Source of the DNA: a virus
Lineage: Duplodnaviria; Caudoviricetes
DNA: 28,037 nt
IMG/VR virus record: IMGVR_UViG_3300033067_000947
Location: 1-28,037 of that record
Strand: one strand, 5' to 3'
In this document: piece after piece, positions 1 to 6,581 of the stretch
How the letters are laid out: the number at the start of each line of letters is the position of its first letter
How positions within the stretch are numbered: the first letter of the stretch is position 1
The notes under the pieces: generated by a model
Seen by the model: the letters and a program-made list of their open reading frames with translations, nothing else
Databases searched by the model: none
Told to the model about the DNA's origin: nothing
Translations under genes and position numbers: made by a program

Positions 1-376
1 CCGGCAAGAAGTCCTGGCAGATGATTGTCAGCGCCCGTTCGTACAGGTCGCTAAAATCCCGCTGATCTAACTTGTCGAAGGCGATGGACTTGGGCAGCTT
101 CAGTTCGCCCATCTTCGTCTTGACGAGCGAATAGTGCCCCGTCCGGACCTTGAGCGTGTCGCTGATTAGCTCGGCAGTGACGCTCGGGCCGATGGCTTGG
201 GCAATGCGCTCGCAGAGAACCCACCACTTCGCCAGATGGGCGTGGATGCGCGGGCGGCTGATACGCACGCGGACCTGAGCGCCAAGGGCGAAGTCGTCCA
301 GCAAGCGCGCAGCCGTCTCATTGGCGGGGGTTAGTCCGCCGATGCGCTTCACAAAGAGGATGGGGGCGTCTGACAT
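1..376 (-). CDS. DUF1367/NinB-like recombination-associated phage protein (3' end beyond window)
   Basis: Hand translation MSDAPILFVKRIGGLTPANETAARLL...SRPRIHAHLAKWW...LKVRTGHY...LPKSIAFDKLDQRDFSDLYERAL; motifs recalled for DUF1367; open to window edge, so absent from the ORF track. Confidence 0.75.
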   Translation of the reverse strand, partial: MSDAPILFVKRIGGLTPANETAARLLDDFALGAQVRVRISRPRIHAHLAKWWVLCERIAQAIGPSVTAELISDTLKVRTGHYSLVKTKMGELKLPKSIAFDKLDQRDFSDLYERALTIICQDFLP

Positions 377-385
377 AGCGCAGCC

Positions 386-646
386 TCAAAACGGGATTTC
401 GTCTGACATCGGATCATCAAAGGATCGGGCCGATGTTCGGGCTGGTGCTGCCGCAGATTGGCGCTGCCCTTGCTCGCGCGGTGGCGTGATGTTGAGCAGA
501 TACTGCCCATCAACAGCGGCGGGCATGGCGTCGAGATAGAGCGCCCATCCGCCGTTCTGCTGCTGCTTTGCGCTGCCGAGCTTAACGGCGAACGTCTTGT
601 CCGACTTGGTTTTCTTGAAGTGAACAACGTCCCAATAATCGCTCAT
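386..646 (-). CDS. Small putative ssDNA-binding protein (86 aa) with SSB-type acidic tail
   Basis: MSDYWDVVHFKK...; C-terminus FDDPMSDEIPF; ATGA-coupled to erf. Confidence 0.7.
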   Translation of the reverse strand: MSDYWDVVHFKKTKSDKTFAVKLGSAKQQQNGGWALYLDAMPAAVDGQYLLNITPPREQGQRQSAAAPARTSARSFDDPMSDEIPF

Positions 647-1356
647 TCTGCGGCCTCCAGTACGGGTTTGGCTTCGGCGGCAACCAGCGCAGCACGGCGC
701 TCGGTCAGCTTCGGCTTGAGAATCTTGAATGTCTCGGGCGCGAGGTCGAACAGATGGTCGAGCTTCTCGTGCGCCTTCGCTTCCCACTTATCGAAGGCGG
801 CGACGGTCTTGATCTTGTCGAGCCCACCAATGACGGTCTGAGCCCATGCAATGGATTCCTCGCGGTCGCTGAGCGTCGGTGCGGGCTTGCCGATTTCACC
901 GTTTGAGTTGGCGGGCGCGTGATCGCCGTCCGCGTCCGGGTCGGCAGCTTCGCCGGTCGGCACCTGGAACAGCGCCATCAGGAAGTATTTGCGGGCGGCG
1001 GTGTGGCACTTGTTCAGCGCCTTGTCGTCAAAGCCGCCCTTGGAGTTCTTCGCACCAGCCATGCCAGTGTGCCGGGCTTGGCCATCCCACTCCACGCCGC
1101 TCTTATGGGCGATGCGGAAGGCGTAGGTCGCCGTCATCACGTTGTCGCCCGCGATCATTTCGTGCGCGAGTTCGTCCTGGATGACGATCAGCCCGGCCTC
1201 GGCCATGGCGGGCTGAAGCTTCGCCATCACGTCGCCAATGGCCGTGAATTTGTAGTTGTGAAACTTGTTCTCGCCCTTCTTCTGGATATAGCCGACACCA
1301 GCCATGACGGCGGTGATTGCGGAGGCTACGGCCTCGGGCATTGTGGTCGGTGTCAT
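643..1356 (-). CDS. erf: ERF-family single-strand annealing recombinase
   Basis: IQKKGENKFHNYKFTAIGDV, HKSG.EW, DKALNKCHTAARKYFLMALFQVPTGE..DPD match recalled Erf motifs; ATG 1356 overlaps the upstream stop. Confidence 0.9.
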   Translation of the reverse strand: MTPTTMPEAVASAITAVMAGVGYIQKKGENKFHNYKFTAIGDVMAKLQPAMAEAGLIVIQDELAHEMIAGDNVMTATYAFRIAHKSGVEWDGQARHTGMAGAKNSKGGFDDKALNKCHTAARKYFLMALFQVPTGEAADPDADGDHAPANSNGEIGKPAPTLSDREESIAWAQTVIGGLDKIKTVAAFDKWEAKAHEKLDHLFDLAPETFKILKPKLTERRAALVAAEAKPVLEAAE

Positions 1357-1679
1357 GCAAATTCCCTCATCATCTGCTGCAATTCGTGGTAGGTTTTCAG
1401 CGGCACTGGATGCTTTGCGAGCCACTGCCACTGTTCGTAGGCATCAAACCGGCGCCCGTTGATTTCGCAGGCGAAGCGTTCGTCCGAAGTGAGTTCGCCG
1501 GTCTCGGGATCAGTCTCGCCAATCAGGAAGATCGAGGCCGGGTAGAAGGGGCCGCGGTAAGCGCGCCGGGTCTTGAAGTAACCGCAGTGCGGCTCGTCCT
1601 CGTGGATGGGCGGATTGAGCCCGGCGAGGGTTTCGCGCCACCAGCGGAAGGCTTCGCCCTCTGGCGTCGGTGTCCTCAC
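1353..1679 (-). CDS. Hypothetical phage protein (108 aa)
   Basis: GTG start coupled to upstream stop; PHCGYFKTRRAYRGPFYPASIF segment, aromatic-rich and protein-like. Confidence 0.75.
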   Translation of the reverse strand: MRTPTPEGEAFRWWRETLAGLNPPIHEDEPHCGYFKTRRAYRGPFYPASIFLIGETDPETGELTSDERFACEINGRRFDAYEQWQWLAKHPVPLKTYHELQQMMREFA

Positions 1680-1828
1680 GAGTAAGCCCACTTCACAATC
1701 AGGGCCGCGCCTAAAGCGAACCCGATCATGGTGACCACCAGCCCCGTCATGACCTTCCTCGGCCTTGGGGTGGAACGCGCTATCGCGTGGGCGACGTTTC
1801 GCCATGCGGTGATGGGCTGGGCGTTCAC
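1676..1828 (-). CDS. Small single-TM protein (50 aa)
   Basis: Hand translation MNAQPITAWRNVAHAIARSTPRPRKVMTGLVVTMIGFALGAALIVKWAYS; GTGA overlaps at both ends fill the gap exactly. Confidence 0.7.
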   Translation of the reverse strand: MNAQPITAWRNVAHAIARSTPRPRKVMTGLVVTMIGFALGAALIVKWAYS

Positions 1829-2082
1829 AGGATCGCTCCATCAAGCAGCGCCTCAGCCCCGGCGCGGGACATGTCGCCTTTAGTGGTGAGGATGCGGATT
1901 GCGGCTTCACGGCCAGAGCCGTTGATCCGGTAGGATCGGATCACGATATCGCGGACCTTCTGCGTGGCAGGCAGGGCGTAGAACATCGGGCGTGCCGTGT
2001 TCCATTCCGCTACCTTCCCAATGAAGCGGGCGCGGCCTTCCATGAGGGGAAGAGGGGCGGGGGTGAAGTTGTCGCCAGTCAC
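1825..2082 (-). CDS. Hypothetical protein (85 aa)
   Basis: GTG at 2082 overlaps the stop of the upstream gene; GGAGG upstream. Confidence 0.7.
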   Translation of the reverse strand: MTGDNFTPAPLPLMEGRARFIGKVAEWNTARPMFYALPATQKVRDIVIRSYRINGSGREAAIRILTTKGDMSRAGAEALLDGAIL

Positions 2083-2777
2083 GGCTTCACCTCCGTGGGT
2101 TTGCCGTCCTTCAGCACGTACCAAACGTTCGGCTTAATCCCGCTCTCACCGACCTTCGACGCGAAGACCGACTTGATCGAATAATCGTCGGCAATCTCTG
2201 CCAGGAAGATCGCTCCCGTTTCGCCAGCCATCGCGAGGCCCGCATAGCCGGGAGCAAAGGCGCAGGCGTGCTTGCCCGTCGCTGCGGCGTGACCTCTGTC
2301 GCCCGTCGCTGCGGCGTGACCGCTGTTGCCCGTCGCTGCGGCGTGACCGCTGTTGCCCGTCGCTGCGGCGCATTCCCTCGGAGCGCAGGCGAGCGCGCCA
2401 GCCGCCTTGCGGCAAAGATCGACAACCGCACTCGCCTGCGCCTTGATCCACTCGGGCAGCGTCAGGCTCGCCTCAATCGTCAGCTTGGCGGTGACGATCT
2501 TGCTATCTTCGGTGTGGCCCTTCGGATCAGCGGCAGAACAGCGCGCAAGATTCTTCGCGCCCTCATAGTAATTCCATGCGTCAAATGGCACGGTGACGGC
2601 GTGAAAGCCTGACTGGCAGACAACCACCTTGCCCTTGTGTTCGTAAGTCTTGCCGACCTCGAACTGAAAACCACGGCCTTTCCAGTTATCATCGAACGCC
2701 TTGAAGCAGACGATCGAGGCGGTTTCCGTCTGAACGGCTGGCGCGGGTTTGGCTTTCGCCTTTGCAGAGGCCATCAC
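2079..2777 (-). CDS. Phage protein with DUF7666-like N-terminal domain and AAATGNSGH repeats
   Basis: FKAFDDNWKGRGFQFEVGKTY...VCQSGFHA...WNYY; small-residue 9-aa repeats; C-terminal VGESGIKPNVWYVLKDGK. Confidence 0.8.
   Translation of the reverse strand: MMASAKAKAKPAPAVQTETASIVCFKAFDDNWKGRGFQFEVGKTYEHKGKVVVCQSGFHAVTVPFDAWNYYEGAKNLARCSAADPKGHTEDSKIVTAKLTIEASLTLPEWIKAQASAVVDLCRKAAGALACAPRECAAATGNSGHAAATGNSGHAAATGDRGHAAATGKHACAFAPGYAGLAMAGETGAIFLAEIADDYSIKSVFASKVGESGIKPNVWYVLKDGKPTEVKP
2274..2370. repeat. 27-bp tandem repeat, about 3.6 copies (coding)
   Basis: gcccgtcgctgcggcgtgacc(g/t)ctgt(t/c) starting at 2274, 2301, 2328 and partially at 2355. Confidence 0.95.
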
Positions 2778-3160
2778 TCGCCCGCCATCGCCGGAGCGCG
2801 CCCGTCGATCCTGAAATGCCCCGGCTCGCCATGCTGGCCGACGATCTTCGCAATCCGGGCAAGGCGCTCGTCTGCGGGGAGGCGCGAATAATGCGGGTTC
2901 TCTTTGAGGATCGAGGCTTCAAGCAGGGTGCGGGTGGTGATGTCGGCGCAGGGCTCGCCAAGGGCGCAGCGGATGATGCGGAGCGGGCCGGGGGCTCCGC
3001 CGTACTCGTATTGGCCGTCCACAATCCAAGTCAGCAGTTCGGCGTAGGTGAGCGGGGTGGTGTCACGCCCGCCCTTGGTCGCTACGTTCCAGTCATTGCC
3101 GAGCTTGGCGAAGTCGGTTTCTACAATGAACCATTCGGTCGGGGTGGGGTGGTCGGTCAT
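2774..3160 (-). CDS. Hypothetical protein, first gene of the leftward early operon
   Basis: 128-aa ORF, GAGG upstream, coupled to the next gene, directly downstream of pL. Confidence 0.75.
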   Translation of the reverse strand: MTDHPTPTEWFIVETDFAKLGNDWNVATKGGRDTTPLTYAELLTWIVDGQYEYGGAPGPLRIIRCALGEPCADITTRTLLEASILKENPHYSRLPADERLARIAKIVGQHGEPGHFRIDGRAPAMAGE

Positions 3161-3192
3161 TGCGTGCGGGCCTCATCGGGTCTTGATGAGGG

Positions 3193-3222
3193 GAGGTAAG
3201 CACAGAGGTTTGTGCTAGTCAA
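3193..3222 (-). promoter_or_regulatory. pL promoter with OL operator in the spacer
   Basis: Minus strand TTGACT-[AGCACAAACCTCTGTGCT]-TACCTC; operator 3199-3216 is the inverted repeat AGCACA-N6-TGTGCT; extra half-site AGCACA at 3229. Confidence 0.8.
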
Positions 3223-3402
3223 CTATCAAGCACAAAAAACTTACATAGGCGACGCGTCCTAGCGGACTTGCTTTCTAATTTGTTAGGTCTAAAGTCTCCG
3301 GAATGTTCGATGATGTACGAACGGAACTCCGGGGCTTGCGTGATGCGCAAATATAGTCAGCGTAGATGCACGCGGGTTCGGCAACCTAGGGGGGACACTC
3401 TA

Positions 3403-3663
3403 GTGGCGATACGGGCGACGGCGACAGGGAGTGATCGACTTAAGGACGCGCGGTTCGCTTTGTATTGGGGTGAGGTTGAGCGATTGCGCGCGACGATGCC
3501 AACCGACCTGAGTGAATTGCAGGTTTGGGCTGTTCGGGTTCGCGATCTGCTAGAGCTATGCGCAACTCTCCGGCAAGGAGGCGAGGAAGTTCCTCGCGAG
3601 GAACACTTTGCGGTATCCGCTCCAACGCCTCGGAAAGTATCTTCTCTAATACGGCTGCACTAA
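3403..3663 (+). CDS. Candidate antisense ORF (86 aa) overlapping the 3' half of the repressor gene
   Basis: AGGGGGGA SD-like run before GTG 3403; helical-looking product RFALYWGEVERLRATMPTDLSELQVWAVRVRDLLELCATL. Confidence 0.4.
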   Translation: MAIRATATGSDRLKDARFALYWGEVERLRATMPTDLSELQVWAVRVRDLLELCATLRQGGEEVPREEHFAVSAPTPRKVSSLIRLH

Positions 3664-3919
3664 CGACGGAGAGTGTGGTTGGGTCCGGCTGCGCGAATGC
3701 CAGGAACGCGCCGGACTCCTCTCCGAGCGCGTCTGCGAGCTTCTTGAGTGTGGTGGTTGTTAGCGACACCGCCCGACCCTTGTAGAGGTGGTAGAGCGCG
3801 TTCCGGGAGAGCTTGGCCTTCTTGAGCCATGCCGATCTTTTGATCCGATGCTTCCGCATTGCCGCCTCAAGGGCAGCAATCAGGGGCTTCGCTTCGTCTC
3901 TCGGTGAGTCAGTAGCCAT
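3440..3919 (-). CDS. CI-like XRE/HTH immunity repressor without a recognisable S24 peptidase domain
   Basis: HTH RSAWLKKAKLSRNALYHLYKGRAVSLTTTTLKKLADALG; divergent from cro-like gene across the operators; start taken at ATG 3919. Confidence 0.85.
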   Translation of the reverse strand: MATDSPRDEAKPLIAALEAAMRKHRIKRSAWLKKAKLSRNALYHLYKGRAVSLTTTTLKKLADALGEESGAFLAFAQPDPTTLSVVSAAVLEKILSEALERIPQSVPREELPRLLAGELRIALADREPEQPKPAIHSGRLASSRAIAQPHPNTKRTARP

Positions 3920-3953
3920 GCCCTGAACGTAGCAAAGCCCGCCATTTGCGCGG

Positions 3954-4008
3954 ATCACAGGCATTTGTGCTGACATGCTTGAATATCACAGACGTTTGTG
4001 CTTATGCT
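3954..4008 (+). promoter_or_regulatory. OR operators (two) and pR promoter
   Basis: ATCACAGGCATTTGTGCT 3954-3971 and ATCACAGACGTTTGTGCT 3985-4002; TTGAAT 3979-3984 and TATGCT 4003-4008 flank the second operator. Confidence 0.85.
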
Positions 4009-4015
4009 CCGCGCC

Positions 4016-4222
4016 ATGCTTACCGTGGACGCTACAATCTCCCGCATTCGGGCTTTCGCCGCCAAGAAGGGCTGGAAGCCTAGCCGCTTCGCCGTCGAGG
4101 TCGGCCTGCATCGCAATTCTCTGCTTGGCATGAACCGGGAGGGCTGGAGCCCCAGCCTGACAACGCTCCGCACGCTTGAGCAATTCATCTTGGATGATCG
4201 CGCCAAGGCCAAAGCAGCATGA
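4016..4222 (+). CDS. Cro-like HTH regulator
   Basis: 68 aa, KPSRFAVEVGLHRNSL...WSPSLTTLRTLEQF; first gene after pR; recognition region (HRNSL, SLTTL) resembles that of the repressor (SRNAL, SLTTTTL). Confidence 0.85.
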   Translation: MLTVDATISRIRAFAAKKGWKPSRFAVEVGLHRNSLLGMNREGWSPSLTTLRTLEQFILDDRAKAKAA

Positions 4223-4491
4223 CCCATCAGGTAGTGGACCACAGCCACGCAGAGTTCACGGCGGACGTGAGCCCGCCAACGGGCTGGCAGGACATTAGCT
4301 CTGCGCCGATGGATGGGACTGAAATTCTCGTCTTCGTTCCGGACGATGGGCAAGGGGTTGCTTTCTGGATTGTCGAGGCCCGCAGCCCGAGGACAGGTTG
4401 GTGCGCCGGTACAGACGAGAGCGGCCCGCTCTTCCTGCAAACTGAGCCCACCCACTGGATGCCTCTCCCCGCGCCTCCGGTATCGCCATGA
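4219..4491 (+). CDS. DUF551-like phage protein
   Basis: GWQDISSAPMDGTEILV ... PTHWMPLPAPP signature. Confidence 0.85.
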   Translation: MTHQVVDHSHAEFTADVSPPTGWQDISSAPMDGTEILVFVPDDGQGVAFWIVEARSPRTGWCAGTDESGPLFLQTEPTHWMPLPAPPVSP

Positions 4492-4721
4492 TCTGGGGGA
4501 TCGATCCACTCTGGATTTCACTCGGCGTCGGTGCCGTGACGTTCGTGGGATTTTGGTTGTTTTTGGGCTGGATCGGGAGGGGGAAGCCGGTCCCTGAGAT
4601 GGAGTGTGGGGACTTCGGCGAGCCTCTCGACGGGGCCTCCGAACATTCTCCGGATGCGATGTCGCGTTTCAGCGAGAAGGTCAGGGCTCTCAAGGCCGTC
4701 CGGGATTGGGGCCAGCCCTGA
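4488..4721 (+). CDS. Small membrane-anchored hypothetical protein
   Basis: N-terminal TM LWISLGVGAVTFVGFWLFLGWI; coupled at both ends. Confidence 0.75.
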   Translation: MIWGIDPLWISLGVGAVTFVGFWLFLGWIGRGKPVPEMECGDFGEPLDGASEHSPDAMSRFSEKVRALKAVRDWGQP

Positions 4722-5401
4722 TGCCCCGCCGCGCTCAATACCGCATTGAGGATGCAGCGGATCTATACCGCTCGGGCGCGACACTAGACGCCGTCTCTGC
4801 GCAATTCGGGTGCTGCAAAAAGACGCTCGCAACCAGGCTGCGCCGCCATGGAGTAAGGGTGCCGACATCTGCTGAAGCCCGCACAAAATGGACGCCCGAG
4901 CGCATCGCTATCGCGCAAGCGTATTCGGACAAGGGGCATTCCTCGTCCGAGATCGCCAAGTTCATGGGCACGACCAAGGGCGCTGTCATGGGCGCTCGTC
5001 GGGATCACGGCTTGCGTCTGATGCTCAAGCCCGGCGGCGACAATGACCGAACCCGTCACGCTGTCATCCGCGCCAACACGCGCCGTCCGCTCGATAACGG
5101 TGGGGGGCTCGCCCGCCAGATCCGCTCGCGCATCCGTGCCGAGCAATTCGGAATCGCAAAGGCTCCGGTCATCGTTCCATCGAGTGTTGAAATCATCGGC
5201 CCGATCGCTGGCGAGGACATACCAGGGCGTCTCGAATGCCGCTGGATCGAAGGTGAAGTCGGTCAGGGCGGGCGCTATTGCGCTCAAGCTGTCCATGAGC
5301 TGCGGAGCTACTGCCCGCACCACTTCAGCCGTGTCTTCAACTATAAGCCTGAACCCGCCCCCGGTCGCCGTCCTCTCGCGGAGGCGCGGCTGTGGCGCTG
5401 A
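4721..5401 (+). CDS. gcrA: GcrA-family cell-cycle regulator homolog with an extra N-terminal HTH
   Basis: WTPERIA...GHSSSEIAKFMGTTKGAVMG..RDHGL matches the GcrA N-terminal HTH; CRWIEGE...YC...SYCPHH..VF matches the GcrA C-terminal Cys/His region; ATG 4721 in a TGATG overlap. Confidence 0.85.
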   Translation: MPRRAQYRIEDAADLYRSGATLDAVSAQFGCCKKTLATRLRRHGVRVPTSAEARTKWTPERIAIAQAYSDKGHSSSEIAKFMGTTKGAVMGARRDHGLRLMLKPGGDNDRTRHAVIRANTRRPLDNGGGLARQIRSRIRAEQFGIAKAPVIVPSSVEIIGPIAGEDIPGRLECRWIEGEVGQGGRYCAQAVHELRSYCPHHFSRVFNYKPEPAPGRRPLAEARLWR

Positions 5402-5406
5402 GCCTT

Positions 5407-5580
5407 TCATCCTTCACCCGTGCGGATAGCCGGTCCCACCCCGGCATTGCTCCCCTCAACCCGCACGCAAACTGCCGGGGGGAAACTCCCGGCCTCTCTA
5501 TTCGTCAAACTCGCCTGCAAAAGCCTCAAGAGGATCGGGCTCGCCAAAGCGCCGATGCTCACCAGTCCCGTCTCCTCCAT
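5407..5580 (-). CDS. Candidate antisense microprotein (57 aa) between gcrA and the cII-like gene
   Basis: Strong GGAGGA SD before ATG 5580; MEETGLVSIGALASPILLRLLQ amphipathic helix; fills an otherwise empty gap. Confidence 0.45.
   Translation of the reverse strand: MEETGLVSIGALASPILLRLLQASLTNREAGSFPPAVCVRVEGSNAGVGPAIRTGEG
5474..5503 (+). terminator. tR1-like hairpin
   Basis: GCCGGGGG-GAAA-CTCCCGGC stem with GNRA loop, followed by a pyrimidine-rich tract (weak U-run). Confidence 0.55.
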
Positions 5581-5624
5581 GTCGCGTTCCTCCATGCCCC
5601 CATCAAAAGGCATGGAGCCGGACA

Positions 5625-5972
5625 GTGTTTAGAACCAATAGAGACAGAGAATTTCAGTCCACGGAGCATCGCATGAGCGTGGTGGCTCTCAGGCTGGAGC
5701 AGGATTTCCGCGAGCCGTTGCCGCGCGCCTTGAAGGGCGAGCCCGCAAAGGTGATCGCGCTGAAATCAGGCGCAACCCCTCGCACAGCAAAGGCATGGAA
5801 GGGCGGGGATAATCTCCCGCAGGCGCATCACATGCTGATGCTGGCGAAGGCTTATCCCGAGATCGGTGCCGCGGTTCGCCAGTGGCTCGACTCGCATGTG
5901 GCTGAGGAGCCCGCCGAGGCCGAGCGCTTGCTTAGGGAAATACAGGGCTTCCTTTCAAGGAGGACGGCATGA
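5625..5972 (+). CDS. CII-like HTH transcriptional regulator
   Basis: GGAG then GTG; HTH AKVIALKSGATPRTAKAWKGGDNLPQAHHMLML; lambda cII-equivalent position after the hairpin. Confidence 0.7.
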   Translation: MFRTNRDREFQSTEHRMSVVALRLEQDFREPLPRALKGEPAKVIALKSGATPRTAKAWKGGDNLPQAHHMLMLAKAYPEIGAAVRQWLDSHVAEEPAEAERLLREIQGFLSRRTA

Positions 5973-6110
5973 ATGCGTCTCAGCAGGCTTCCCGACGACT
6001 CGATCCTTTTAACGATGGCGGACGGCCGGGAGTACGTCCTGCCGCGCCAAGTCGCGCTGAAGATGATCGAGCAGATCATTCAGCTTTTGACTGGGACGGC
6101 TCCTACATGA
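5973..6110 (+). CDS. Hypothetical microprotein (45 aa)
   Basis: Hand translation MRLSRLPDDSILLTMADGREYVLPRQVALKMIEQIIQLLTGTAPT; AAGGAGGA SD; stop overlaps ATG 6107; looks more folded than the alternative frame from 5969. Confidence 0.6.
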   Translation: MRLSRLPDDSILLTMADGREYVLPRQVALKMIEQIIQLLTGTAPT

Positions 6111-6262
6111 GCGACGTTGGCGATCCGGGGGAGAGGAGGGCATGGGCCTCCGATAACGAACGCCCCGAAGACGCGCGCGCTCGTTTGCATCGCGCCGTTG
6201 CCGAGCCCGATCTTTCCATCCCCGCGTTCCTCGTGCGCAAACCGAAGGCGGTGGAAGCGTGA
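6107..6262 (+). CDS. Microprotein (51 aa; possibly 97 aa from 5969) with FtsZ C-terminal-like peptide
   Basis: MSDVGDPGERRAW...EPDLSIPAFLVRKPKAVEA; ATGA and GTGA coupling. Confidence 0.7.
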   Translation: MSDVGDPGERRAWASDNERPEDARARLHRAVAEPDLSIPAFLVRKPKAVEA

Positions 6263-6438
6263 ACATACTTGGCTGGATCGCGATGGTTGGGCTTGGCGTC
6301 GCCAACATCGTTTGGATTGCTTCGCTGATCTACGAAGAGGGCTCACGGGCGGCTTATGCGCTTTGCGTGGTGAGCTTTATCGGGACGCTCGCCGCCCTGG
6401 CCTACATCGGCATCACGCTTCATGCGGCTCTGCCATGA
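6259..6438 (+). CDS. Two-TM membrane microprotein (59 aa)
   Basis: Hand translation MNILGWIAMVGLGVANIVWIASLIYEEGSRAAYALCVVSFIGTLAALAYIGITLHAALP; coupled at both ends; below the ORF-track cutoff. Confidence 0.75.
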   Translation: MNILGWIAMVGLGVANIVWIASLIYEEGSRAAYALCVVSFIGTLAALAYIGITLHAALP

Positions 6439-6581
6439 CCCGCCTTCACTTCCTTCCCCCCGATCCCCTTTCAAAAGCAAAGGAAGCCCTTCGCACGGCT
6501 GAGATCGGGACAAAGCGGAAGAGGGAACAGGAACTCAAACGCGCCGCGGTGGAAGCGCTGAAAGCGGAGTGCGGCGGATGA
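6435..6581 (+). CDS. Basic helical microprotein (48 aa)
   Basis: MTRLHFLPPDPLSKAKEALRTAEIGTKRKREQELKRAAVEALKAECGG; ATGA coupling at both ends. Confidence 0.7.
   Translation: MTRLHFLPPDPLSKAKEALRTAEIGTKRKREQELKRAAVEALKAECGG

Noticed and set aside
2274-2370. Repeat array as possible CRISPR
   Set aside because: No spacers; in-frame 27-bp coding repeat
3305-3318. Possible alphaproteobacterial LexA box (GTTC...GTAC)
   Set aside because: Spacing is N6, not the required GTTC-N7-GTTC
4604-4720. N-terminal extensions in the ORF track (gcrA from 4604; also erf from 1431, repressor from 3976, cro from 3998)
   Set aside because: They overlap neighbouring genes or operators; downstream starts with stop/start coupling or promoter fit are better supported
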